Assembly (NCBI GenBank): GCA_013416795.1
Contig: RQSC01000003.1
Location: 98,834-146,045, forward strand
DNA from: Prasinococcaceae sp. CCMP 1430
Lineage: Eukaryota; Plantae; Prasinodermophyta
Direction of reading: 5' to 3'
Length of the DNA stretch: 47,212 bases
The notes beneath the pieces are model-generated. The model worked only from the letters and a program-made list of their open reading frames with translations, had not been told where the DNA came from and did not search any database. A program made the position numbers and the translations under genes. How positions within the stretch are numbered: the stretch's first letter is position 1; every line of letters begins with the position of its first letter. Positions 1-10,263 of the stretch are shown in pieces.

Positions 1-109
1 CGGCCGCACGCGGCGGCGGAGCGTCCGCGGGAGGGGGGGGGAAGAGGGGGGCGCCGCCCGCAGGTGAGCGAGGCCGGCCTGCAAAGGCTCGCCCGAGGGG
101 GGCGGCGAC

Positions 110-2911
110 ATGGGCGGCGCGAGCGCGCCGGGGTCGTCGCCGGGGAGCAGCAGCGGGAAGAAGCGCAAGCATGCGGAGGTGATGGCGGCGATGCAGGCCG
201 GTGGGGTGCTCTCGGGGCACACGTACAACTGCTCCACCGAGGACATCACCGAGATCACCGATGCGCTCGTTGCGAACCTTGAGTCCTCGGTGAGCGCGGC
301 CAAGGCGGCCGCCTCGGGTGGGACGGCCTCCAAGGAGCAGCGCCGCAATGTGCGCGCGGACGTGCGCAAGGTCATACACGCGCTGGCAAACCTGGCCAAC
401 CCCGGACCTGGATCCATGGAGGCCATGGTCAACCGCATCGTCGACCAGCTGGTGGGGCGCGACGCTGTGGCGTGCCTGGTGCCGCTGCTCAACGCCGAGG
501 CGCTACGCGGCGCGGATGAGCCGCAGGCCTTGACGGAGGACATTGAGAAGGAGGCGGCGTACGTGGTCGGGCTACTCGCGGTGAAGGAGGACCACCAGCT
601 GCTGATCGCGGGCGAGGGCGCGGTCCCGCTCCTCGTCAAGCTCCTCAAGCGGCGAAGCGGCAAGCTTGGCGCGGTCGGGATGGACGGCGAGCTCGCTCGG
701 GAGCACAGCACGTCCGGAGGGGTGGCACGCCGCGCCGCGGACGCCATCACAAACCTGGCGCACGAGAATGTCACGCTGAAGAACCAGGTGCGCATCGACG
801 GCGGCATCCCGCCGCTGGTGGCGCTGCTCGAGTCGGCGGACACCAAGGTCCAGCGCGCGGCCGCCGGCGCGCTGCGCACGCTGGCGTTCAAGAACGACGA
901 CAACAAGAAGGAGATCGTGGAGTGCGGCGCTCTGCCCACGCTCATCTTCATGCTGCGATCCGAGGACAAGAACATCCACTACGAGGCGGTGGGCGTCGTG
1001 GGAAACCTGGTGCACTCAAGCCAGGCGATCAAGAAGCGCGTGCTGGCGGAGAACGCGCTGCAGCCGATCATCAACCTGCTGAGCAGCAAATGCACGGACT
1101 CGCAGCGTGAGGCGGCGCTCCTCATCGGTCAGTTCGCCAACCCGTACGACGCCAATGACCCCGCGGCAGCAGACAACATCGACCTCAAGGTCAAGATCGT
1201 GCAGCGCGGCGGGCTGAGCCCGCTCATCAAAATGCTCCGGGCGCGCAAGAGCGACCTCAAGGAGATGGCTGCATTCGCGCTGGGCCGGCTGGCGCAGAAC
1301 GCGGACAACCAAGCCGGCATCTGCCAGGAGGGAGGCCTGCGACCTCTGCTGGAGCTCCTTGACGAGAAGTCGCCCAACCTGCAGCACAACGCCGCCTTCG
1401 CGCTCTACGGGCTGGCGGAGAACCCAGACAACGTGGCGGAGATGGTCAAGGAGGGCGCGGTGCAGCGGCTGAGCGACGGCGTGCTCATGGTGCAGGCGTC
1501 AAAGGACTGCGTCAACAAGACGCTGAAGCGGCTCGAGGACAAGCTGCGCCCGCCCCCGCCGGAAAAGCCCGACGCGGAGGAGAATCGCGTGCTTCGCCAC
1601 CTCCTCTACTTCCTGCGCTGTGCCTCCGACGTGTGCCGCGAGCGCACGGCGGTGGCCATGGCATACCTCGTGCACGAGGACGACTTCCGTCGCGTCTTCG
1701 TTGACCACGGTGCCATCGACGTGCTCCTGGACATGGCGAGTTCGCGCGTCGGCTCCGTGCAGATGGACGCGGCCAAGGCCCTGGCGCGGCTAGCTGAGCG
1801 CGCGGAAGTGGCCACGTCGAGCGCGCCTGCACCGCAACCACCGCAGCCGAAACGCAAGGTGAACCTCGGGCCCGAGTTCGTCAATTCGGAGACCGTCAGC
1901 GACATCACCTTCGTGGTCGAGGGCAAGCCGTTCTACGCGCACCGCATCGCGCTGGTAGCAAGTTCGGACGCCTTCCGAGCGATGCTCACGAGCGGCTACA
2001 GGGAGCAAAAGGCGGTCGAGGTGGAGATCCCCAACGTGCCGTACAAAGTGTTCGAGGCGATGATGCGCTGCTGCTACACGGGCACGGTCGAGGTGACCCC
2101 CGACATATCGCACGAGCTTCTGCGTGCGGCCGACCAGTACCTTCTGGACGGGCTCAAGAAGCTTTGCGAGCACGCCATCTCGAAGGAGCTCACTCCGGAG
2201 AATCTCGAGGAGACATATGCGCTCGCCGAGGACTTCCACGCGCCTGGGCTCCGCCGCGCGTGCATCATCTACGCTTTCAAGCACCGCAAGGAAGTCGCAA
2301 CCGCGACCGCCAACCGCATTAACCAGGAGATGAACGTCGAGACGGTCGAGGATGATCTCATGGAAGCGGCTGGTCTCGACGCGCCCGATGTGCATGGCTC
2401 TCCGGCCGGCCGCTCGCGTGGAGCGCGCGCCGCCAGCACTGCTCGCGACACCGCTTCGCCCAGCTCGTCCATGCGCCCAATCAATGCTTTCGCCGACCTC
2501 GCGCTCCACATGCGCAAGGAGGCGCGCACCGTCTTCGCGGAGATGTTCGCGGCCAAAGCGGAAGCCCGAGCGCAGCAGAGTGACGCCAGCGATGCCGAGA
2601 CAGTGGGTGGCGGCGTGGAGGGGGGTGAAGAGGCCGCCGACGCAGACGCTGCCAACGCCGACGATGTTGATGAGGCGATCGCCAACGTAGTGCTGGACGA
2701 GGATTTGAATGTCAGCGACGATGAGGGCGGCGCCCCCGCCGGCGCTGAGGAGGACATGCAGCAGGCAGACGGACCTGCGCAGGAGCAGCAGCAAGCGCAA
2801 CAGCAGCAGCAGCAGCAGCAAGGGCAGCAACACGGACACAACCTGCAGAACGGCGGAGAACTGCAAGCACAACCGGGTGGCGATGCCCCGATGGCGGTGG
2901 CCGATGACTAG
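110..2911 (+). CDS. ARIA: ARM-repeat plus BTB/POZ protein (ARIA/ABAP1-like), single exon, 933 aa
   Basis: Serial armadillo repeats (GGIPPLVALLES..KVQRAAAGALRTLAFKNDDNK, AAFALGRLAQN), followed by a BTB domain (SDITFVVEGKPFYAHRIALVASSDAFRAM) and a BACK-like segment. Acidic/Gln-rich tail. TGTAA at 3149-3153. Confidence 0.9.
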   Translation: MGGASAPGSSPGSSSGKKRKHAEVMAAMQAGGVLSGHTYNCSTEDITEITDALVANLESSVSAAKAAASGGTASKEQRRNVRADVRKVIHALANLANPGPGSMEAMVNRIVDQLVGRDAVACLVPLLNAEALRGADEPQALTEDIEKEAAYVVGLLAVKEDHQLLIAGEGAVPLLVKLLKRRSGKLGAVGMDGELAREHSTSGGVARRAADAITNLAHENVTLKNQVRIDGGIPPLVALLESADTKVQRAAAGALRTLAFKNDDNKKEIVECGALPTLIFMLRSEDKNIHYEAVGVVGNLVHSSQAIKKRVLAENALQPIINLLSSKCTDSQREAALLIGQFANPYDANDPAAADNIDLKVKIVQRGGLSPLIKMLRARKSDLKEMAAFALGRLAQNADNQAGICQEGGLRPLLELLDEKSPNLQHNAAFALYGLAENPDNVAEMVKEGAVQRLSDGVLMVQASKDCVNKTLKRLEDKLRPPPPEKPDAEENRVLRHLLYFLRCASDVCRERTAVAMAYLVHEDDFRRVFVDHGAIDVLLDMASSRVGSVQMDAAKALARLAERAEVATSSAPAPQPPQPKRKVNLGPEFVNSETVSDITFVVEGKPFYAHRIALVASSDAFRAMLTSGYREQKAVEVEIPNVPYKVFEAMMRCCYTGTVEVTPDISHELLRAADQYLLDGLKKLCEHAISKELTPENLEETYALAEDFHAPGLRRACIIYAFKHRKEVATATANRINQEMNVETVEDDLMEAAGLDAPDVHGSPAGRSRGARAASTARDTASPSSSMRPINAFADLALHMRKEARTVFAEMFAAKAEARAQQSDASDAETVGGGVEGGEEAADADAANADDVDEAIANVVLDEDLNVSDDEGGAPAGAEEDMQQADGPAQEQQQAQQQQQQQQGQQHGHNLQNGGELQAQPGGDAPMAVADD

Positions 2912-3148
2912 GACGTGACCGTGGCCCTCCGTTGACTCAAGACATGGGAATCGCGTACCTAAGTACCTGCATCCGAGGCGTTACGACGATGCGCTCGAAG
3001 CGTACGAGGATAATAACATGCAGCGCATCAGCCCCCAAACCACTCCTGTTCCGTAGATCGCGGGAGGGGGCGGCAGCGCCGGCTTCGCGCTGGCGCGCCA
3101 CGCGCAATGACGAACTCTACCCGCCACTGCAAGCACTGCGCGCGACAT

Positions 3149-3203
3149 TGTAACGCAGCGGGAAATTTTCTGTACACGGGCTTGGTTGCGTGGTCCGGTT
3201 ACA
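3149..3203. terminator. Convergent TGTAA poly(A) signals of ARIA (+) and proline iminopeptidase (-)
   Basis: TGTAA at 3149-3153 on + and TTACA at 3199-3203 (TGTAA on -), between the two stop codons. UGUAA is the established chlorophyte near-upstream element. Confidence 0.65.
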
Positions 3204-3215
3204 ATGCTGTACGCT

Positions 3216-4747
3216 TCAGAATAGCGGAATGTTTCCCGACGCCATGTCGATGAGACGGCCAAGCACGGCCTTGCCGTCCTCGCGGACACCGTTGTGCATG
3301 TATTGGCTCGTCTGGAAGGCGCGCAGCCCCTTGATCTTGCGTGCCGTCTCCATCGAGAGCCCGTGCTCCACGAAGAGGTCCTCCACATACACAGCGGCGG
3401 CGACCGGCACCTCGTTGCGCGCAAGCTGCGCCTCATCGTACAGCTCGGGCCAGTCGGCCTTGCGCGCGAGCGCCTCGCACGCAGGCTTGAGTGCTCGAAG
3501 CGGCGCGAATTCGTCCAGCATGAAGGGGAAGCACATCTCGCCGGTCAGGTACACCCGCTCACCGGCGGCTGCGCGCGTAGCTGCGTCGTGCAGGCGCGAC
3601 GTCTCCTCGTCCGAATCAAGCACGCTCTGGCAGGCCCACGCGCTGGGCATGCCCGGGCCGCTCACGTAGATTGGCTCGTGCAGCATGATGTAGATGGGGT
3701 TGATGCAGAACGGCACAAAGTTCTCGAATTCGCGCAAGAAGGCGAACGACAGCTCATCACCCTCAAACGCCGTCTCCAGCATGAAGCTCAGCGTCTCGAA
3801 CCCCGGCGTGGAGCCGAGCTTCATGCCAAGCGTCTGGAAGCCACGCACGCTCAAGACGCCGCCGCTCGGAAGCGGGACGGAGCCGCCCTTCGACACCAGG
3901 TGATTCACGATGCGCGCGACGGTCGCCTCGTGGTGGGGAAATCTCTCATAAAACTTGTCACACTGAACGCGTACGTTGGCGAAGAGGCGCGAGTAGATAT
4001 CAGTGGCGCGGTTTGCCGGCGAGTCGACGGGCGGCAGCCCGCCCGTGATGTACGACGATGCCAGCGACTGCGGCGCGAACGAGAGGTAGGTGCACGTGCA
4101 GAACCCGCCGTAGCTCTGGCCCAGCGTACTCCACTTGGAACCCTCGCCGAGCAGCGCCGTGCGCAGCGCCTCGGCGTCGGCGACGATGGCATCCGCGCGA
4201 AAGTTGGCGACGTATGCCGCCTGGGCAACCGCGTCGTCGCCAAAGTCACGCTGCAGCTGCGCCGCCGTCACCGCCGTCGATCTGCCCGTGCCTCGCTGGT
4301 CGAGCAGCACTACGCGGTGGTCCTCGCACGCGCGCTCGAGCCAACCGCCGGTCTCGGTCGGTCGCGGCGACTCGAATCCGGGTCTGCGTACGCTTCTGTG
4401 TCAGTGTCGTGCGTGCAGGCGCCCCGCACGCACGCATGCGCGCCTATGCGAGTGCGCTAGCACGTAACGACCCGTGAGCGCACACCCCGCACATGCGAGC
4501 GCGCTGGGCGCACATACCCTCCCTGGAGGAAGACGAGTGCGGGTAGCGACGCGCGCTTGGCCGCGTTGGCGTGCGAGACGACCTCGCGCGCGTACACAGT
4601 GATGGTTTCGCCGTCCCCGGCCTGCGCCACGCTGGGGTTGACGCTATGCGAGAGAGGGACGCTCAGCCACAGGTCGCGTAGCACAAGTCCCTTCACTCCC
4701 CACTCGTCGCCGCAGCGCAGACCGCCGTCGCCGGCAGCGGCGGCCGT
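3216..4747 (-). CDS. PIP: Proline iminopeptidase (S33 alpha/beta hydrolase), 2 exons (4518-about 4747, 3216-4383); start codon uncertain
   Basis: Splicing out the GT-AG intron 4384-4517 gives LVFLQGG/PGFESPRP..GGWLERACEDHRVVLLDQRGTG. Nucleophile motif GQSYGG; C-terminal EDLFVE and YMHNGVR catalytic D/H. Matches plant/bacterial-type PIP. Confidence 0.9.
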
Positions 4748-5660
4748 CCCCGCCGCCCGCACGCGCTTTCGCGCGCGACGCTCCGGAAAAAGCACGCGCC
4801 GATTTTTGTCGGGGCGCGCGCGCGCGCGGGCGCGCCCCGCGGGGAAAATTGAATGAAAAATCGGGCGAACCAAATACTCGCCCGTGGGTACTACACACGT
4901 CCATTTATGACGTTACATACCGGGGGAGGAACGCGGATTCGCGCAGATCGGCGCAGCCGAAAATATCTCACGCACCGCGCCGCGGGCCCGCCGGCCCGGC
5001 GAAAACGAATCGACGCGGTGTGGCTCTCCCGTGGTTAATTTTAACATCAGTATGAACGTCTGAAGGTGTGGGGAAGGGGGGGTGGTGCGACGCGGGCGAA
5101 TCTGTGCATCGGGCGCCACGCGCGGCCCCAACTCCCGGCAGTACTGGACCGTGAACGCGTTGCGGTCGCAAGGGGAGTTGGTTCGGGCTACCCCGGGTCA
5201 ATGCGGGATGAACCCGGTCCCGCGGTGGAGACTCTCCCGGTCTACACATCAAATCACAACACCCGGACGCGTCGAAAATGGGAGCGCGCCGGTCCCGCTC
5301 AACCCACCAACCAACCAAAGCTGGCGAAATCCAAAACGCCCGGCACCCGGGTTTTGATGCGTGCGGGCTCGGGGTGGGCGGCATTTCAGGAGCGGGGTTC
5401 GAAGGAGGCCACGGCAAAAAAGATCCAGGGAACCTCAACCCCGCGCGCGCGCGGCCGGGCGGAAGCGGAAGCGCGAGCGCGCTGCCAGCGGGTGGCGGCG
5501 CGCGCGACTGAGAGGGAGTGAGCGCGCGCGTGCGGGGCGCGGCGCGCTCGGCGAGCAGTGCGCGCGCAGGGGCGCCGCCAGCGCGTGCATGTTGTGGCGC
5601 GGGTTTTCGCGCGCCACAAAGCGGGCGGCGCGCGTGGTGGGCGGCGAGTGGACGGGTCCG

Positions 5661-7003
5661 ATGGACGCGCTCACGGGCTACCCGAGCCCGAGTCTCAGCC
5701 TGAGCCCTCGGCTGCGGGGGCGCGGACGCGGGCGCGTACGCGGGCGCGGACGCGGGCCGCCTGCGCGTGCGCGGCTGGGTGCGGGCGTACGCGGCGGGGC
5801 GGCGGGGCTGCTCTCGCGGCTGCCGGCGCCCAAGGGTGCTGGTGCGCCGGCGCCCTCATCACAGACCCCTGCGAAGCCCGTCGTGGGCGCACACGCGCCC
5901 GCGGCAACGCGTGTCGCTGTGGGGGATTCCGAAGCCGTGGCCAAGGTCGACGTGCCGCTTCTGGACGAGGAGGATGAGGAGGACGCCGATGGCGGCGCGG
6001 CCGCACCCGCGCCCTTCGACCCGCGCGCTTTGCTCGCGCAACAGGGAGAGGGGCAGCGTCAACGGCCGGTGGGCGCGAGCTGCTTGGGTGGCGCGGTTCT
6101 CGGGGCTGGAGTTGGCACGGGCGGCAAGCGCAGCCTGCTTGGCGACGACGACGACGGATACGTCATGAAGCGCGCGCGTGTGTCGGACGACGGTGCTGGC
6201 GCAGCGCCCGCTGCTGACAGCGCGCCGGGCGCCGGAACACACAGTGGCGCTGAGCAGCAGGACTACTCTGCAGAGTGGGCGGCGTACTATGCCGCCCACG
6301 GCTACCCGCAGTACCAGGGCCAGGGTGCGCAGTACGCGGCTGGCGAGGCCTCACAGCACCAGCACCAGCAGCAGCAGCCCGACCCAGCATTCGCTGGCGC
6401 AACGGGCAAGGACGCAGAGCTGCTCGCTGCTCTTGGCGCCGACAACGTGGTGGAGGTGAATGCGGCGTCGATGCGCGCGGGGCGCTCCGCGTCTGGGGCA
6501 GGCAGGTGGGTCGCGCGCAAGGTCATGCGCGCTTGCAGCCATATCATGTGCACGCGTGGCGACGAAGAGTGTGCGCGTGCGGTGTGTGCGTGCAGGGGTG
6601 TGGTTGCGTTCGGTCTGCGTGCTAATGCGGCTGCGATCGCGCGTGGATGCCGTGCGTGTGTACAGCGCGGCGTCGCAGGCGTATGCAGACATGCGCGGCG
6701 CGGCGACGACGCTCGCAAAGCCGAGTGCGATGGCCAAGCGCAAGCACCAGCTGGGCGCGCTCTTCCACCAGTTCAAGTCGCAGGAGGCTGACCTCCTCGA
6801 AGCGAGAGGATCTGGGAAGGCGGCCAAAGCACAGACGAGGTCGAAGTATGGTGAGGCGCGCGGAGGCGTGACGGAGGCGGCGCGTGGGCGTGCGAGCCGT
6901 GGGCGTTTGCATGTGTGTACACGCGCTGACGAGCATGCTATCGCGCGCTCGTGCGCGCGTGCACGCGCACGTGTGTGTGCCCTGTGTCCGTCTAGGATGG
7001 TAA
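5661..7003 (+). CDS. PRCC: PRCC-like protein (MAD2B-interacting C-terminal domain); exons 5661-6505, 6666-6850, 6996-7003
   Basis: MDALTGY start, LLSRLPAPK motif, spliced C-terminus KRKHQLGALFHQFKSQEADL..KAQTRSKYGW*. Both introns are GT-AG and phase-compatible; branch GCTAAT at about 6621. Confidence 0.78.
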
Positions 7004-7140
7004 TTAATGTGGACCTTGCTTGGGAGGCTTCGAGCAGACGTGCGTGTTATTGTTAGAGGCGCGCAGGGCGCTGTGCTTTGGGCAGCACGGTCTACACGCA
7101 GGCGCGAGCGCACGCGCGAGCGCACGCGCGTGGCTTCTGC

Positions 7141-8019
7141 TCACAGCAGAAACGGGATGATGGCTCTCCTGTTCTTGGGATAGGCCGTGCCGAACGTGGC
7201 GAGGTACCATGAGTGATGGTCCAAAGCGCGCGGCACGAGGTTTGAGCACACATACACGACGAACGCACTCGCGGCAGGCGACCCCGACGCCGTCGCAAAC
7301 CCCGTCCACTCGACTATTTCGGAGAGGTAGTTCGGTGCCGAGACCAGTTCGAATAGGAAGCCCCTTGGGATTATGTACTTGCTTTTGCGACTGGACCTGT
7401 CCGCCTCACCTCGCCTCGCCTCGGCGCGCTGCGCGAGCATCATTTCGTCGCACGCGATATTGGATGCGAGGCCCGCCGCCCACACCGCCGCACCGAAGGC
7501 GAACTCGCGGCTCGTAAGGTGGCCCTGCGCGTACTCGGCGTGGGCGCCCAGCCATGCGCCGTTGATGAACGCATTCATGGTGTTGAAGGCAGCGGCCAGC
7601 ACCGCGACGAGCATGGGCATCGTGGGCGTTTGCGGCCCCTGCGCGAGCGTAGGCCAGCCGTACGCCCGCACGGGGTAAATGAAGGATCGGTAGGTGTAGT
7701 GCACGAGCCAGAGCACCGCGAGCACGCTGCGCGTATCGGCGAACGCGAATGCTGCGTCGCCCGCCGACGCACAGTACACCCATAGGAACCACCACACGCT
7801 CACGGCCTCCATCACCATCCATCCCAGCGCTGCAGACATGCGCGGTCCCCACGCTGCCGCCGCCGTGTCGTGCCTGCCGTACGGCGCCTTGACGAGCGCC
7901 GTGGCGACAGCCGTGACGCACGCGGCGGCGACCTCGCACGAGATGGCACGCTCCACGAAGGCTGCGCTCGTCGCGCGGGCCGCCACCGCCGCGTGAGCCG
8001 AGCGCAGCGCCCCCTGCAT
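7141..8019 (-). CDS. DET2: Steroid 5-alpha-reductase (DET2/SRD5A-like), about 292 aa
   Basis: KAPYGRH, LWLVHYTYRSFIYP, YIIPRGFLFELVSAPNYLSEIVEWTGFA, NLVPRALDHHSWY and RRAIIPFLL motifs; multi-TM pattern. Alternative in-frame ATGs at 8094 and 8115. Confidence 0.85.
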   Translation of the reverse strand: MQGALRSAHAAVAARATSAAFVERAISCEVAAACVTAVATALVKAPYGRHDTAAAAWGPRMSAALGWMVMEAVSVWWFLWVYCASAGDAAFAFADTRSVLAVLWLVHYTYRSFIYPVRAYGWPTLAQGPQTPTMPMLVAVLAAAFNTMNAFINGAWLGAHAEYAQGHLTSREFAFGAAVWAAGLASNIACDEMMLAQRAEARRGEADRSSRKSKYIIPRGFLFELVSAPNYLSEIVEWTGFATASGSPAASAFVVYVCSNLVPRALDHHSWYLATFGTAYPKNRRAIIPFLL

Positions 8020-8329
8020 CGCGACCGCACTGGCAGCGCGCACCACGCACGAACTAGGCCGGAAGGACGGGTTCGGATCGGTGCGCGCGCGCATGCGTGC
8101 GCGGACGACGCGCATTCGCGGCGCGGCGACGCAAACGCGCGGGGGGGGCTGCGCAGGGGTGTGGCCTCGCGCCGCACACGCCAGTCTGCGAGACGCCACG
8201 CCACCGCGACCAGCGTGGATGTGTCACCAGTTAGTGGAAATGTGGAGATAATAGAACCACGGGAGACTTCAAGCGTAAAAAAAGTGCTTTTTTTCACGAG
8301 CGCGACGCCTCTGCTTCCTGCTCGTTGGG

Positions 8330-9409
8330 TCACTCTTCCGTGGCGGCAGCGTCCCTCTCGAGCGTGGCCACGATCTTTGTGATGATTGCCTCGAGCGCCT
8401 TCGCGGCCGGCGCGGCAGGATCGTGCTCGCCGATGGCAACGCCAGCCTCCGCGGCGGCACCGAGCGCCGGGTCGAGCGGCACGCGGCCGAGGAAGGGCAC
8501 GCCGGTCGCCGCCGCCATCGCCTCGCCGCCCCCGCGGTTGGCCGCGAAGACGTCGGCCACCATCGACACGTCACCCAGCCCCGCGGCCGCGAGGGCGGAG
8601 CGCACTCTCTCCGAGGCGTCCGCGCCGTCGGCGTCGACGAAGGCGCAGCGCTCGAGCGGCTGCCGCATTGGTGCCATATTCTCCACCACCCCCAGAACTG
8701 GCACGCCCACCTTCTTGCAGAAGCTTAGCTCCTTCCTGACATCCATGACCGCCACCTCCTGCGGGGTGGTGAGGATGACGGCGCCGTCCACACGCGCGCC
8801 CGCCAGCAGCTGCGCGACCGATATGTGCTCATCGGACGTGCCGGGTGGCGCGTCGAGCACGAGGTAGTCGAGCTCGCCCCAGTGCACGTCCCGGAGGAAC
8901 TGAGTGATGAGCGCATTCTTGCGTGGGCCGCGCCACACCACCGCCTCATCGGGGTTCGGCAGCATAAATCCGATCGACACCACACCCAAATTGTCCGCTG
9001 CGTACACCGGCGACCAGCCGTCCGCGCTCTGGTGGATCTCCTCGCGCTCGAGCGCAGTCATGCGCGGCGCGCTCGGACCGCAAATGTCCACGTCGAGCAG
9101 GCCCACGTCGCGCGAGGAGTCGTCGGCGCGCGCGAGCGCCCACGCGAGCTGCGAGCTAAACGTACTCTTCCCAACGCCGCCCTTGCCGCTAAGCACGAGC
9201 ACGACGTGCCGCACGGGCGCGAGCCGCTTTGCGACAGCCGCCGCGTCGGCGCTCAAGCCGCCGGCTGCTTGCTTGGCCGCGCCTGACGCACACGCCGACT
9301 GGTTCGGGCAGCCCGCGCACGCGCTCGCCTTGCCTGCGCTCTCGCCCTCGGGTCCCGGGCATCGCTCGGGCACTGGGGCCGGCAGTGACGTCGGGTGCAG
9401 CCCCGTCAT
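8330..9409 (-). CDS. NBP35: Cytosolic Fe-S cluster assembly factor NBP35 (P-loop NTPase), 359 aa
   Basis: N-terminal C-x13-C-x2-C-x5-C (CPGPEGESAGKASACAGCPNQSAC), Walker A SGKGGVGKS, DVDICGPS, VVWRGPRKN, DAPPGTSDEH, TTPQEVA, GVVENM. Confidence 0.95.
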   Translation of the reverse strand: MTGLHPTSLPAPVPERCPGPEGESAGKASACAGCPNQSACASGAAKQAAGGLSADAAAVAKRLAPVRHVVLVLSGKGGVGKSTFSSQLAWALARADDSSRDVGLLDVDICGPSAPRMTALEREEIHQSADGWSPVYAADNLGVVSIGFMLPNPDEAVVWRGPRKNALITQFLRDVHWGELDYLVLDAPPGTSDEHISVAQLLAGARVDGAVILTTPQEVAVMDVRKELSFCKKVGVPVLGVVENMAPMRQPLERCAFVDADGADASERVRSALAAAGLGDVSMVADVFAANRGGGEAMAAATGVPFLGRVPLDPALGAAAEAGVAIGEHDPAAPAAKALEAIITKIVATLERDAAATEE

Positions 9410-9792
9410 GGCCGCCGCCGCCCCCCCCTTCCCGACACTCCCTCTCCGCCAAGCGCGCTCCCGCCTGGCGCCGGGCGCAGCCGCGCCCGGCCGTCACGCG
9501 CCCCCCTCCCCTTCCCCACGCGGCGTGCCGAGCGCCCCGGCCGAGGCAGAGCCGCGCGCGCTACCCTCCACCGTCGAGAGCGCACCGCCGCCGGTCCACA
9601 CACACTCCCACGCACCGCCCAGGCGCGCGCTGTGGTCGAGTTGGTTGTGCCGCCGCCTCGGCGGCCGCAGCGCCGCGTGCCGCCTGCGTTTCGACACGAG
9701 CGTGCGAAGGAGGGCGAATGAGACGTGAATATTGAATTTGCTATTAGTAAACCCTGGTACTCACATATCTTAATCTCGATAACCCTAACATG

Positions 9793-9905
9793 TACAGTAC
9801 AGTCCAGTAGTACTATGATGGCACTGTACTCTAGCTAGGCTACAGCAGGACTAGCTAGTCTCTCTCTAGCTAGAGCTAGCTAGCTAGCTAGTCTACTGTA
9901 CTGTA
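9793..9905. repeat. AT-rich element with 11-bp terminal inverted repeats and internal CTAG palindromes (MITE-like)
   Basis: TACAGTACAGT (9793-9803) and ACTGTACTGTA (9895-9905) are exact reverse complements. The interior contains GACTAGCTAGTC, CTCTAGCTAGAG and a (TAGC)n run. Confidence 0.4.
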
Positions 9906-10263
9906 AGCCGGCCGCACTCGAGTCCATGCACACGAATGACTTCGAGCGAGCGTGTACGCACACAGAGAGGGACACGCGGGGCGCGCGCGCGCACACACAC
10001 ACTCGCCAAGCTGATCGGTATAAGACAGACCGCTCACACCACTCTTACGTGTGCTCCCCTCTCCCCTGACGCGCCTCAGAGCGCGCGCCCTTGCTCTGCC
10101 CCATCCAGAATCGCCTATCCGTCCGCCACCCCTGACATTGCGGTCGAGGCACACCACATCACCGTGCTACTCCGCCGCCCAGGTGCGATTGTTGTTCGTT
10201 CGTACTCTGCAGGCGCAAATATATACTAGCCCATCTCCTGAACGACGGGTCCATTGTCCCCGT

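Noticed and set aside
9936-10229. Small + strand ORF with two intron-like 30-nt segments (about 10049-10079 and 10183-10212)
   Set aside because: The segments are much shorter than the other introns here and the product has no recognisable features; more likely UTR or intergenic sequence.
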